DNA of 64,000 nucleotides, taken from contig CAVQKO010000014.1 in assembly GCA_963713075.1 (NCBI GenBank), positions 367,858 through 431,857 of the forward strand. Reading direction: 5' to 3'. The position numbers were made by a program, and so were the translations under genes. Shown piece by piece: positions 32,645-42,451 of this stretch. Source of the stretch: an uncultured Chloroflexia bacterium. GTDB taxonomy: Bacteria; Chloroflexota; Limnocylindria; Limnocylindrales; CSP1-4. How positions within the stretch are numbered: the first letter of the stretch is position 1; every line of letters starts with the position of its first letter. The notes under the pieces are model-generated. The model searched no databases. It saw only the letters and a list, made by a program, of their open reading frames with translations, and was not told the DNA's origin.

Positions 32645-34882
32645 TCATCCGCTCCGATGCGCCGTGGCGTCGCACCAGGCCGCGAGCGCCCGCGTGGCGG
32701 CGTCCGCGGTGCCCAGGACGGGGATGCCCGCCGCGGCAAGCCGATCGCGGAAGGGGTCGTAGAGCGCGCCCGCGTCCACGACCGCCACCCACGGCTTTGT
32801 CGTGGTCCGCCACAGGTCGACCAGGACGTCGGCGATGGCGCCGGGCCTGGCAAGGTCCTCGCCGTGGCCCTCTCCCGCGGGGAGCGTCTCGATCGAGTCG
32901 GCCATCGGCACCGCGCCCACGATCGCCGCGTCCACCTCGTCCGCCTCGAGGATCACCCGTGCGGCGGCGCCCGCGACGGCCGCCCTCGCGATGGGCGTGA
33001 GGTCGAGCGGGTTGTGCACGTCCACGACCGCGGTGATGCCGGCCGGCACGAGCAGCTCGCCCAGCGCCCGCTCGGTCGCGGACGAGAAGGGGACCAGGGC
33101 AAGCGAGCCCGCGTGGTCCGCGATCGTCACGCACTCGGACCCGGCGTTGGTCGCGGCGCCGAGGCGGTGGCCGGCGGCGGGGCGGCCGTCGAGCAGCGCG
33201 AAGGTCCGGAGCAGGTCGTCGAAGTCGGCGGGCGTCTCGGCCCAGGTCACGCCTGCCTGGCGCGCGAGTTGCCGCGTCACCGTGGCGTCGCCCGCGATGG
33301 CGGCCGTGTGGCTCGCCGACGCACCGGCGCCCGCGGCAGTCCGGCCGGCGCGGTAGAGGACCACCTGGCGCCCGTCGGCACGCAGGCGCTCGGCCGCCTC
33401 GAGGAACCGCAGCCCGTCGAGCCGCACGAAGCCCTCGACGTAGACGCCCACGACGCGGACGTCCGGCTCGTCCGCGAAGTGCGCCAGGTAGTCGCCCGCG
33501 GTGAGGTCGGTCTGGTTGCCGATCGTGATCACGTACCGCGGGTCCAGCGGCGCGAGGCGCGACAGCCGCGTGATCGCGAAGGCGCCGCTGCCGGTCACCA
33601 GCGCCACCGGCGCCGCCTGCGAGCCCGGCGGCAGCTTCGCCTGCGGGATGAACAGGGTGTCGTAGCGCCCGGGCCGCGAACGGATGCCGAGGCAGTTGCC
33701 GCCGTTGATCACCGGGCCGCCGTCGGGGCGCGAGCGCGCTGCCGCCAGCGCGCGCTGCATCCGGTCGGCGAGGGCGTCGCCGCCGGTCTTCTCCTCGAGC
33801 CCGCCCGGGATCACGATGAACGAGGCCGCGAGGTCGCGCTCCACGGCCTCGGCCACGAACCCGGGTGTGGCAGCCGCGGGCAGCACGACCACGATGAGGT
33901 CGACGCGGCCCGGCAGCGAGGCGAGGTCGGGCACGCAGCGCACGCCGTCGATCTCGGATGCGCCGGGCTTGATCACCGTGATCGCGGCGGGGTCGAAGCC
34001 GTCGCGTAGGACGTTCTGGAGGATCACGCGGCCGGCGTTCATCGACGACGACACGCCGACGATCGCGATCGTCCCGGGCCGCAGGAGGCGTGCCACGGCC
34101 GCACCCGGCCTTGGTGTGCGGGCGGGCTTGGGGGCGCCTCCCAGCCGGACCAGCACGTCCAGGGCCACGAGGCCGCCGGCGGTCACGGCGGCCGGGTTGA
34201 CCTCCACCTCCAGCAGGTCGTCGGGCGCGAGCGGCGCGAGCGCCATGAGCCTGCCCACCGCCTGGGCGAGGCGCTCGGGCGCCAGGCGCGGCGGCTGCCC
34301 CCGCACCGGTCGCGTGGCGAGCTTCACGGCAGTTGCCTCGGCCAGCACGTCCGACAGGCGGTCGAGCGGTGTCAGCCGCGGCGACGCGATCGCGAGCTCC
34401 CGCCCCGGTCGCAGGTCAGCGGCCAGGAGCTCGGTCGCCGTCCCGCCCGCCCCGACCGCCACGATCGGGCCCATGTCGTCGGTCCAGCGGAAGGCGAGCA
34501 GCAGCTCGCCGCCCGGATCGCGCTCGTGGGGGACGAGCTCCGCGACGGTGAACCCGGTGGGCGGGGCGGGGAGCCGGCGGCGCATGGCGGCCATCGCGTC
34601 CCGGACCGCCGCGGCGGAGCGCTCGACGAACGCCACGCCGCCCACCTCGGTCTTGTGGGCGAGGCCGGGCGCCACGGCCTTGAGGACCACGCGGTCGCCC
34701 CCGAACCCGTCGATGAGCGCCTCGTCCACATCGGACTCGCCCACGACCAGGCGCCACGCCGGCACCGCGATGCCGAGTGCCGTGAGGAGCTCCAGGCCCT
34801 CGGGCTCGGTCAGCGTGTCACGCCCAGCGGCACGGGCGTCGGCGAGGAGGCGGCGCAGCGCGTCGAGGTCGGGCCCGGTCAC
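32645..34882 (-). CDS. NDP-forming acyl-CoA synthetase (acetate-CoA ligase family) with ATP-grasp domain first
   Basis: HKTEVGGV ATP-grasp, CoA-binding IAIVGVS, GGNCLG, ASHTAAIAG (phospho-His) and NPLDLT. Confidence 0.85.
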   Translation of the reverse strand: MTGPDLDALRRLLADARAAGRDTLTEPEGLELLTALGIAVPAWRLVVGESDVDEALIDGFGGDRVVLKAVAPGLAHKTEVGGVAFVERSAAAVRDAMAAMRRRLPAPPTGFTVAELVPHERDPGGELLLAFRWTDDMGPIVAVGAGGTATELLAADLRPGRELAIASPRLTPLDRLSDVLAEATAVKLATRPVRGQPPRLAPERLAQAVGRLMALAPLAPDDLLEVEVNPAAVTAGGLVALDVLVRLGGAPKPARTPRPGAAVARLLRPGTIAIVGVSSSMNAGRVILQNVLRDGFDPAAITVIKPGASEIDGVRCVPDLASLPGRVDLIVVVLPAAATPGFVAEAVERDLAASFIVIPGGLEEKTGGDALADRMQRALAAARSRPDGGPVINGGNCLGIRSRPGRYDTLFIPQAKLPPGSQAAPVALVTGSGAFAITRLSRLAPLDPRYVITIGNQTDLTAGDYLAHFADEPDVRVVGVYVEGFVRLDGLRFLEAAERLRADGRQVVLYRAGRTAAGAGASASHTAAIAGDATVTRQLARQAGVTWAETPADFDDLLRTFALLDGRPAAGHRLGAATNAGSECVTIADHAGSLALVPFSSATERALGELLVPAGITAVVDVHNPLDLTPIARAAVAGAAARVILEADEVDAAIVGAVPMADSIETLPAGEGHGEDLARPGAIADVLVDLWRTTTKPWVAVVDAGALYDPFRDRLAAAGIPVLGTADAATRALAAWCDATAHRSG

Positions 34883-34979
34883 GCGCCCAAGGGTGCCCTG
34901 AGGCCGCCCCCTCCCGCAAGGCCGTCCGGCAGGGCCGGTCGGATTGGCCGAATGGACCGGCGCGGCGCCGCGAGGGCGG

Positions 34980-35585
34980 TCACTTGCGGCGCGCCACCAC
35001 CTCGATCAGGTGGACGTGGTGCGGGTCGCCGAGGGCGAGCCTGCCGTCCTCCTCACGCTCGAACCAGGACTCGATCTCGTAGTCGGCGAGGAGCCCGCGG
35101 ATCGCGGCGGGCGAGAAGCAGGTGAACCCGGGCTCGCCGGCCGATTCGTCACGGTCGCCGTAGAGCAGCCCCGCGAACCGACCGCCCCGCGGCAGCGCGG
35201 CGGCGACCCGGCGCATGACCGCGGTGTAGTCGTCCGGCTCGAGGAACTGCAGGCTCACGCTGGCCACCACGAGGTCGCACCGAGGCACCTCGAACGCGGC
35301 GAGATCGGACACCACGCCCTCGAGCCGGGCCCGGTCGGCGTCGGGCGTGGCGGCCTCGATCGCCTCGATCGCCGACGCCTCGAGGTCCACGGCCAGCACC
35401 CGCCAGCCGCGACGAAGGAGCTCCCGCGCGTCGCGCCCTGCGCCGCAGCCGAGATCGACGGCCAGGCGGGGCGGGGCGCCGGGGCCGTCCTCGGCCGCGA
35501 AGCGTTCGGCGGCGTCGATCGTCGTGCTCCAGGCGGGTCGGTCGACCGTCACCGCGTAGTAGTCGGGCCAGTGCACCTCGGGCAT
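34980..35585 (-). CDS. Class I SAM-dependent methyltransferase
   Basis: AVDLGCGAGRD, GWRVLAVD and GGRFAG. Start set at ATG 35585. Confidence 0.85.
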   Translation of the reverse strand: MPEVHWPDYYAVTVDRPAWSTTIDAAERFAAEDGPGAPPRLAVDLGCGAGRDARELLRRGWRVLAVDLEASAIEAIEAATPDADRARLEGVVSDLAAFEVPRCDLVVASVSLQFLEPDDYTAVMRRVAAALPRGGRFAGLLYGDRDESAGEPGFTCFSPAAIRGLLADYEIESWFEREEDGRLALGDPHHVHLIEVVARRK

Positions 35586-35665
35586 GGCCCGAGCGTACCC
35601 CGTGCCCGGGGACCGGCGCAGGCCACGACCGCAGCACGGCCGACCGCGTCCGCTTCCCGGTGCAT

Positions 35666-35688
35666 TACCTGACAAGGCGGTTCAGGTA
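35666..35688. promoter_or_regulatory. Palindromic operator between the methyltransferase and WYL genes
   Basis: TACCTGA-N9-TCAGGTA with perfect arms, just upstream of -10 TAGGAT (35695-35700). Confidence 0.6.
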
Positions 35689-35709
35689 TTCGGGTAGGAT
35701 ACGGCGGTC

Positions 35710-36726
35710 ATGCGTGCCAGCCGCCTCGTCAGCCTCCTGCTGCTGCTCCAGGCGCGCGGCCACCGCACCGCGGCGGAGCTCGCCGAGGAGCTGGAGGTCA
35801 GCGTCCGGACCGTCTACCGCGACGTCCAGGCGCTCGCAGAGTCGGGCGTCCCCATCTACGCGGAGCGCGGCCCGGGCGGCGGCGTGCGCCTCGTGGACGG
35901 CTACCGGACGCGACTGACCGGCCTGACCACCGACGAGGCGGAGGCCCTCTTCCTCTCCGGCGTTCCAGGGCCCGCGGCGGAGCTCGGGCTCGGCACCGTG
36001 GTGACCGCGGCTCGGCTCAAGGTGCTCGCCGCCCTGCCGCCTGAGCTGCGGACCCGGGCCGGGCGGGTTGCCGAGCGCTTCCACCTCGACGCCCCCGGCT
36101 GGTGGCAGCAGGCGGACCCGGTGCCGTGCCTGGGCGAGCTGGCGAACGCGGTCTGGGAGACGCGGTCGGTGCACGTCCGGTACCGACGCGACGAGCGCGT
36201 GGAGCGCCGGCCGCTCGACCCGCTCGGCCTGGTCCTCAAGGGCGGCGTGTGGTATCTGGTCGCGCTCTCGAAGGGGGAGGTCCGGACGTTCCGCGTCTCC
36301 CGCGTGGAGGCGGTGGAGCCGGGGGAGCGCTTCGAGCGGCCGGACGGGTTCAACCTCGCCGGGTTCTGGACGGAGTCCACGGCGCGGTTCGAGGCGGAGA
36401 CACCCACCCTGGCCGTCACGATCCGGGTGGACCCGGCCGCGCTGCCGTCCCTCGAGCGGGCGCTCGGCCGGGCGGCGGCGGCCACGCTGGTCCTGCCCAA
36501 GCGCCCCGATCCCGACGGATGGCTCCGCGTGCGGTTCCGCCACGAGTCGCTCGAGGCCGCGTTCTACGACCTGCTGCCCCGGATCCGGACGGTCGAAGTC
36601 CTCGCCCCGACCGAGCTCCGCTCGCGGTTCGCCGCCGCGGGGCGGACCCTAGCGGCGCGGTACGCGGCACCGGCGACGCGGCCGCCGATGCCGCGCCGCC
36701 GGGCCGTGGCGGAGGCGGTCAGCTGA
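35710..36726 (+). CDS. YafY family HTH-WYL transcriptional regulator
   Basis: MRASRLVSLLLLLQ, LEVSVRTVYRD and GVWYLVA..RTFRVSR. Confidence 0.93.
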   Translation: MRASRLVSLLLLLQARGHRTAAELAEELEVSVRTVYRDVQALAESGVPIYAERGPGGGVRLVDGYRTRLTGLTTDEAEALFLSGVPGPAAELGLGTVVTAARLKVLAALPPELRTRAGRVAERFHLDAPGWWQQADPVPCLGELANAVWETRSVHVRYRRDERVERRPLDPLGLVLKGGVWYLVALSKGEVRTFRVSRVEAVEPGERFERPDGFNLAGFWTESTARFEAETPTLAVTIRVDPAALPSLERALGRAAAATLVLPKRPDPDGWLRVRFRHESLEAAFYDLLPRIRTVEVLAPTELRSRFAAAGRTLAARYAAPATRPPMPRRRAVAEAVS

Positions 36727-36928
36727 TGCTCGCCCCGGCGGCCTGGCAGGCGACGCAGGGACGGTCCGCGGTGTGCGCCGCGGGATCGTGGGTTGTCGGG
36801 GTTGCCGTCGCCTGCTCTGCGGCCTTCGCCGCCAGCGCCAACCGGACGTTGGCGCGCTCCTGGAGCCGGCGCTGGATCGCCATCTCGCGCTCGCTGGCGA
36901 CGATCTGGGCGGTCAGGACCTGCAGCAT
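36719..36928 (-). CDS. Small hypothetical protein (69 aa) with C-terminal CxxC
   Basis: RBS AAGGAG upstream of ATG 36928, biased codons and its own operator/promoter; overlaps the WYL stop. Confidence 0.6.
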   Translation of the reverse strand: MLQVLTAQIVASEREMAIQRRLQERANVRLALAAKAAEQATATPTTHDPAAHTADRPCVACQAAGASIS

Positions 36929-36976
36929 CTCGCTCCTTCTTGGGTGCGTCTGTCTACCTGCCAAAGGTAGCCGATG

Positions 36977-36999
36977 ATGCTGTCAGTTCTTGTCAGGAT
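36977..36999 (-). promoter_or_regulatory. Second copy of the WYL-type operator
   Basis: Minus strand ATCCTGACAAGAACTGACAGCAT shares CCTGACAAG with the operator at 35666; -10-like TACCTT follows. Confidence 0.5.
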
Positions 37000-37085
37000 T
37001 GCTCGACCCGATTCGACGCGAATCTCCGACCGCTGACCAGCCGTTCCCGGGCCGTTGACGGCCGTGCCGATAGGATGGGCCCACC

Positions 37086-37865
37086 ATGATCCCGCCCAAG
37101 ATCCGCGACTGGCTCATCGACATGGACGGCGTGCTCGTCCACGAGGAGACCGCCATCCCCGGCGCCGACACGTTCATCGCGCGCCTGGGCGAGCTCGGCA
37201 TGCGGTTCCTCGTCATGACCAACAACTCCATCTACACGCCGCGCGACCTCTCGGCGCGCCTGCGCACCAGCGGCCTCGACGTGCCCGAGACGTCGATCTG
37301 GACATCGGCGCTCGCCACGGCCCAGTTCCTGCGCAGCCAGCGGCCGGGGGGCTCGGCCTTCGTCATCGGCGAGTCGGGTCTCACCACCGCGCTCCACGAC
37401 GCCGGGTACACGCTCACCGAGCGCGACCCCGACTACGTGGTCCTCGGCGAGACGCGGACGTACAGCTTCGAGCGCGTCACGCGCGCCATCCGCCTGGTCA
37501 GCGAGGGCGCGCGCTTCATCGCCACCAACCCGGACGCGAGCGGGCCCACGACCGACGGCCCCGTGCCCGCGACCGGCGCGGTGGCCGCGCTGATCTCGAC
37601 CGCCACCGGCGTCCAGCCGTACTTCGTGGGCAAGCCCAACCCGCTCATGGTGCGCAGCGCGCTCAACGCCCTCGATGCGCACTCGGAGGTGTCGGGGGTC
37701 ATCGGGGACCGCATGGACACCGACATCAAGTCGGGGCTCGAGGCCGGCATGTTCACCGTGCTCGTGCTCACCGGCTCCACGGCGGCCGGCGAGGTGGACC
37801 GCCACCCGTACCGGCCCTCGCTCGTGGTGGACTCCGTCGCCGACCTGGCGACTCGGCTGGCCTAG
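37086..37865 (+). CDS. HAD-IIA family hydrolase (NagD-like)
   Basis: DMDGVL, TNNS, IATNPD, GKPNP and GDRMDTDI. Confidence 0.93.
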   Translation: MIPPKIRDWLIDMDGVLVHEETAIPGADTFIARLGELGMRFLVMTNNSIYTPRDLSARLRTSGLDVPETSIWTSALATAQFLRSQRPGGSAFVIGESGLTTALHDAGYTLTERDPDYVVLGETRTYSFERVTRAIRLVSEGARFIATNPDASGPTTDGPVPATGAVAALISTATGVQPYFVGKPNPLMVRSALNALDAHSEVSGVIGDRMDTDIKSGLEAGMFTVLVLTGSTAAGEVDRHPYRPSLVVDSVADLATRLA

Positions 37866-37874
37866 GAGGCGACG

Positions 37875-38891
37875 ATGGGACTCGGCTTCGGACTGCTCTC
37901 CGCCCAGCTCCGGCCAGGGGAGGCAGACTGGACGCGCGCCTACGACGAGACGATCGCGCTCGCGGTCGAGGCGGAGCGCCTCGGCTTCGACGCCGTCTGG
38001 ACCACCGAGCACCACTTCGTCGACGACGGCTACATGCCCTCGCTGCTCGTCGTCTCGGCGGCGATCGCGCAGGCGACCTCGCGGATCGGCATCGGCACGG
38101 GCGTGATCCTCGCGCCGCTCCACCATCCGCTCCGCCTGGCCGAGGACGCCGCGACCGTCCAGCTGCTCAGCCACGGCCGACTGACGCTGGGGCTCGGCCT
38201 CGGCTGGTCGGAGGTCGAGTTCGCCGGCCTGGGCGCCGACCCCCACCGACGCGGCGCCGCCATGGAGGAGATCCTCCAGATCCTGCCCGCTGCCTGGTCG
38301 GGCGAGCCGTTCACCCACACCGGGCGCGTCTTCGACCTCCCGACGCTTGGCGTGCGGCCGACCCCGCCATCCAAGATCGCGGTGCTCGTGGGCGGGGGCG
38401 CGGAGCCGGCCGTGCGCCGCGCCGCGCGCCTCGCCGACGGCATCTTCGCGAACGTGACGGTCGACGAGTTCGTCGAGCAGGTGGGCTGGGTCCTCGACGA
38501 GTGCGATCGGATCGGCCGGGATCCCGCCACGCTCCGCTTCGTCCACTACTCGATCCTGCTGCCGGGCGCGTCCAGGGAGGCCGCCATGGCCCGCTATCGC
38601 GATGCCCTCTGGGGCATGCAGTGGAAGTACTCGGACATGGAGGCGTCGGCGTCGCGCGCCCTCCCCGCTGTCGTGCCGCCGCCGCTGGCGCGCTCCGATG
38701 ACGAGCTCATCCACGGGCGGGCGACGTACGCCGGCCCCCCCGAGCAGCTGGTCGAGGCGCTGCTCGACATCCGGCGTCGGGCTGGGGTTCCGGTGGAGCT
38801 GGCCGCGCGGAGCCACCTGCCGCTGCTCGAGCACGGCGCGCAGCTCGACCTGATGGCGCAGCTGGCGGAGGGCGTGCTCCCGCACGTGTGA
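37875..38891 (+). CDS. LLM class flavin-dependent oxidoreductase
   Basis: AERLGFDAVWTTEHHF and PLHHPLRLAEDAATV..GRLTLGLGLG. Confidence 0.9.
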   Translation: MGLGFGLLSAQLRPGEADWTRAYDETIALAVEAERLGFDAVWTTEHHFVDDGYMPSLLVVSAAIAQATSRIGIGTGVILAPLHHPLRLAEDAATVQLLSHGRLTLGLGLGWSEVEFAGLGADPHRRGAAMEEILQILPAAWSGEPFTHTGRVFDLPTLGVRPTPPSKIAVLVGGGAEPAVRRAARLADGIFANVTVDEFVEQVGWVLDECDRIGRDPATLRFVHYSILLPGASREAAMARYRDALWGMQWKYSDMEASASRALPAVVPPPLARSDDELIHGRATYAGPPEQLVEALLDIRRRAGVPVELAARSHLPLLEHGAQLDLMAQLAEGVLPHV

Positions 38892-38930
38892 GGCCCCGTC
38901 AGGGGTGACCGAGGCGCCAGCACCGGCGGG

Positions 38931-39782
38931 TCAGGCGCCTCCCATCAGCGCGACCGCGCACAGTGCACAGGCGACGCCGGCAGCCTCGATGCGCCCGAGC
39001 CGTTCCTTGAGCAGCGCGGCGGCCAGCACGACCGTCACCGCCGGGTAGAGCGAGGCGAGGACCGACACCAGGCCCAGGGGGCCGCTGCCGTACGCTGCCA
39101 GGAGGCAGGTGGTCGCCGTGGCGTCGAACAGGCCCGCGAGCCCGATCATCGGCCCTGCCGCGCGCGTGGCGGCGAGCGGGCGTCCGGAGAGCAGCGCCCA
39201 GGATCCGGCAATGGCCAGGCCCACGACACGAGCCACGAGCGCCATGTGCCACGCCCCGTCGCCGCCGGCGCTCGCCTGGGCGATCGAGAACAGCATGAAG
39301 GAGCCCGCGTACCCGACGCCCGACACCGCGGCGAAGGCGAGCGCCCGGCGCGACCCGGCTCCTCCGCGCGCCGGACGCGCGACGGTCACGATCGCGACGA
39401 GCGCGAGGGCGATGCCGAGGACCTTGCCCGCTGGCAGCGGCTCGCCCAGGGTCAGGCCAACCGCGAGCGGCAGGCTCGCGCCCAGGACCCCGACGAGCGG
39501 CGAGACCTGGCTCATCATTCCGGCCGCGAGCGCGACGTAGAGGGCGAGGGTGGCGATGACCTCGAAGATGCCGCCGAGGATCGCCAGCCCTGTCTGCGCC
39601 GAGGTCAGGGGCGGGCCCCCCTCGGCGAGGGCCCCGATGATGACCATGGGCAGCGATACCGCGTACGCCCCGACGATGACGGTCAGGGCCGGCGTTCGGC
39701 GGCTCGCGACACCGCCAGTCAGGTCGGCGGCCCCGTAGAGGACGGCGGACAGCAGGCCGAAGCCGAGGCTGGACGGGTTCAT
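38931..39782 (-). CDS. EamA/DMT family transporter
   Basis: YGAADLTGG and LASLYPAVTVVLA..LKERL; about 10 TM helices. Confidence 0.85.
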   Translation of the reverse strand: MNPSSLGFGLLSAVLYGAADLTGGVASRRTPALTVIVGAYAVSLPMVIIGALAEGGPPLTSAQTGLAILGGIFEVIATLALYVALAAGMMSQVSPLVGVLGASLPLAVGLTLGEPLPAGKVLGIALALVAIVTVARPARGGAGSRRALAFAAVSGVGYAGSFMLFSIAQASAGGDGAWHMALVARVVGLAIAGSWALLSGRPLAATRAAGPMIGLAGLFDATATTCLLAAYGSGPLGLVSVLASLYPAVTVVLAAALLKERLGRIEAAGVACALCAVALMGGA

Positions 39783-40055
39783 CGCGCGGAGCAGACCGGG
39801 AGGGCCAGGGCGGGCACGGGCAACGGACCTCGTCGTTCCCCCCGCCCCGCGTGGCCACTGCCTGCGGGCCGACGTGCGGCTGCGCCGTTTCCTGCGGGGC
39901 GCGGCAGGTCCCACCAGTCTCCGGGCCGCCGGCCCGCCCGTCAGCGACCGTCGTGCCGGTGATGTGGAACTCAGGTCACACGCCGCGGCCCGATCGGAGC
40001 CCGGCGCGGCTCGGTCGGCGATGGCAGGCGCCGGTCCCCGTGAGGGCCGCGCGGC

Positions 40056-40760
40056 TCAGGCCCGGGAGCGCTCCGCGTCGAGCCGAGCCGGCTCCAGGAT
40101 CACGATCCCGGCGCGGCTGGTCGTCACGAGCCCGTCGTGCCGGAGGTCGCGCAGGATCCGGACCACGACCTCGCGCGCCGTGCCCACGGCGTCGGCGAGG
40201 TCCTGCTGGCTGACCGTCGCGACCAGCATTCGGCCCTGCTGCCGGTCCGTCGCGAGGTCGAGCAGGTGGCGCACCAGCCGCTGGCGGACGTTGCTGAACA
40301 CGTTGTCCGGGATCTCGTCGACGAACGTCACGACGCGCTCGCTGAGTTCAGCGAGCATCGCTCGTGCGACCTCGATCTCGGTGTCGGCGAGCCGACGGAC
40401 CGTCGCGGGGCGCAGGGAGAGGATGTCCGCGTCCGTCACGGCCTGGATCGATCCGGGCATCGCGTACTCGTCGCGGAACAGCGACACGAGGCCCAGGAGG
40501 TCGCCGGCTCGGCCGTAGCGGACGGTGAGCGTCCGTCCGTCGTGCGCGGTGACGAAGATCCGGAGCAGGCCGTCCACGACGAGCTCGAGGTGCGGGCCGG
40601 GCTCGCCCACGCCGCGCAGGATCGTTCCGGCCGGGAGCCGCAGGCGGGCCGCAGAATCGAGCACGGCCGCCGCCATCGGACCACTCAGGCCCCGCAAGTT
40701 GGACCTGGCGACCGCTGCCTGCAGGAGGTCATCGCCCCCGTCCCCCGCCGGACCACCCAT
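40056..40760 (-). CDS. Crp/Fnr family transcriptional regulator
   Basis: DGLLRIF..DGRTLTVRY..GDLLG and HTH SQQDLADAVGTAREVVVRIL. Confidence 0.88.
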   Translation of the reverse strand: MGGPAGDGGDDLLQAAVARSNLRGLSGPMAAAVLDSAARLRLPAGTILRGVGEPGPHLELVVDGLLRIFVTAHDGRTLTVRYGRAGDLLGLVSLFRDEYAMPGSIQAVTDADILSLRPATVRRLADTEIEVARAMLAELSERVVTFVDEIPDNVFSNVRQRLVRHLLDLATDRQQGRMLVATVSQQDLADAVGTAREVVVRILRDLRHDGLVTTSRAGIVILEPARLDAERSRA

Positions 40761-40828
40761 GGGCGGAGGCTACCATGGCGCGCGACCCCCGGAGCTGCGG
40801 GCAGCCGGCGCGGGCCGGCCCGACGGCG

Positions 40829-42292
40829 TCAGCTCCGCGGTGCCACGCCGCCCCGAGCCACCGTGTCCGGCGCCTCGGCGAGGAACGCGAGCAGTCGGTC
40901 CACATCGCCTTCCGTCGTCGCGATTCCCACTGACGCCCGCACAGCGCCAAGCGCCCGGCCGGGCAAGAGCCTGCGCAGGTCCTCGTAGTCCGGCTGCCGC
41001 CCGAGGGCGAACACGCGCTCCATGTCGGCCGCGGTGATGCCACGCGCTGTCTCGCTGCAGCCGGGATTGCAGAAACACCCCGTGCGCACTGAGATCCGGC
41101 GTTCCGCGGCGGCCGCCTCCACGTTCCAGAAGTCCACGACGCCGCCCGCCCGGTCGAGCAGGTTGAACGGGATCGTCCCGCCCCGGTCGACGTCGTCCGT
41201 CGGGCCGTAGAGCCTGACCAGCGGCGACCCGTCCCGGTGACGCAACGCGGCAAGGCCCGCCAGGAGCCGACGGGTGAGGTGGCGCACCCGGCGGTGGACC
41301 ACGGGCAGCCCGACGGACTCGAGGTGGCGCAGCCCGATCTCGATGGCCGGCAGGCCGAGGTAGTCGATGGTGCCGTCCTCGAACCCGATCTCCGCCTCGC
41401 CCAGGGTGTGATGGGGCACGACCACCGACGCGACCCCGATCGTGCCGCCCGCGAACCACGGCCGGCGGAGGCGGGCGAGCGCCTCGCGGCGCACCACCAG
41501 CGAGCCGATGCCGGTGGGGTACCCGAAGACCTTGTACCAGGAGAGCGCGACGAAGTCGGGACGCCAGCGCGAGAGGTCCAGGCGGTTGGTGGGCACGAAT
41601 GCCGACGCGTCCAGCAGCACGTCCCAGCCGCGCGCCTGCGCGATCGGCACCCAGTCCAGGGGGTGGCGAACCCCCGAGTAGTTCGATTGGGCGGGGAACG
41701 CGAACAGCCGGCGGGCTCCGCCCGGGGCCGCCCCGAGCTCCGCGAGCACGGCGCCGGGGTCCGGGCGCAGGTCGTCGCGCCGAAGGGGCACGTACACGAC
41801 CGACGCATGGCCGGCGCGCGCGAACTCGCGGATGCCGTTGACCGAGTTGTGGTTGTCGGCGGTGAGCAGCAGACGGCCGCCGGCGGCGAACGGGTAGGCC
41901 TCGCCGACCAGGCGCAGCGCCCCGCTCGCGTTGGCCGTGAAGATGACGACGTACTCGTCGGGCGAGGCGTTGAGGAAGGCGAGGACGGCGCGCCGGGCCG
42001 CCTCGGCCAGGTGCGTCGCGGCTCGCGACGTCGGGCTGCCCGAGTGCGGGTTGCCGAACACGCCCGCGCGGAGGAGCTCCTGGTGCTCGAGGAGCTGGGA
42101 CTCGGCATACAGCCCGCCACCCGTGTAGTCGAGGTAGACCTGATCCCGGGCGTCGAGCCGGGCGTAGTCGCGCGCCCGCAGGGCGGCGACGGCGTCGCCA
42201 TCCCACTCGGCGTCGGGCTGGGGGTGCGAGGTTGCCTGGGACGGAGGGGACGCTGGGCCGCTCAGGCGGCCGGGGACGGCAAGGGACGTCAT
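40829..42292 (-). CDS. Class V PLP enzyme, molybdenum cofactor sulfurase N-terminal-like
   Basis: YLDYTG, FGNPHS, DNHNSVNGIRE, PAQSNYSG, SWYKVFGYPTGIG and RTGCFCNPG. Start uncertain. Confidence 0.85.
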   Translation of the reverse strand: MTSLAVPGRLSGPASPPSQATSHPQPDAEWDGDAVAALRARDYARLDARDQVYLDYTGGGLYAESQLLEHQELLRAGVFGNPHSGSPTSRAATHLAEAARRAVLAFLNASPDEYVVIFTANASGALRLVGEAYPFAAGGRLLLTADNHNSVNGIREFARAGHASVVYVPLRRDDLRPDPGAVLAELGAAPGGARRLFAFPAQSNYSGVRHPLDWVPIAQARGWDVLLDASAFVPTNRLDLSRWRPDFVALSWYKVFGYPTGIGSLVVRREALARLRRPWFAGGTIGVASVVVPHHTLGEAEIGFEDGTIDYLGLPAIEIGLRHLESVGLPVVHRRVRHLTRRLLAGLAALRHRDGSPLVRLYGPTDDVDRGGTIPFNLLDRAGGVVDFWNVEAAAAERRISVRTGCFCNPGCSETARGITAADMERVFALGRQPDYEDLRRLLPGRALGAVRASVGIATTEGDVDRLLAFLAEAPDTVARGGVAPRS

Positions 42293-42451
42293 CGGCGGAT
42301 CATCGGCATCTGGCGGCTGCTCGTCAGGAACGAATGTTCCTCGCGGCCTGGATCGCCCGCGCCGATCGCGACCGGGTGTGCGCCACACGCCCCACCCGGC
42401 GGCCGGTCCCGGGGCGGTCACCCGGAGACCGGCCGCCGCGCGCCGGATCGA

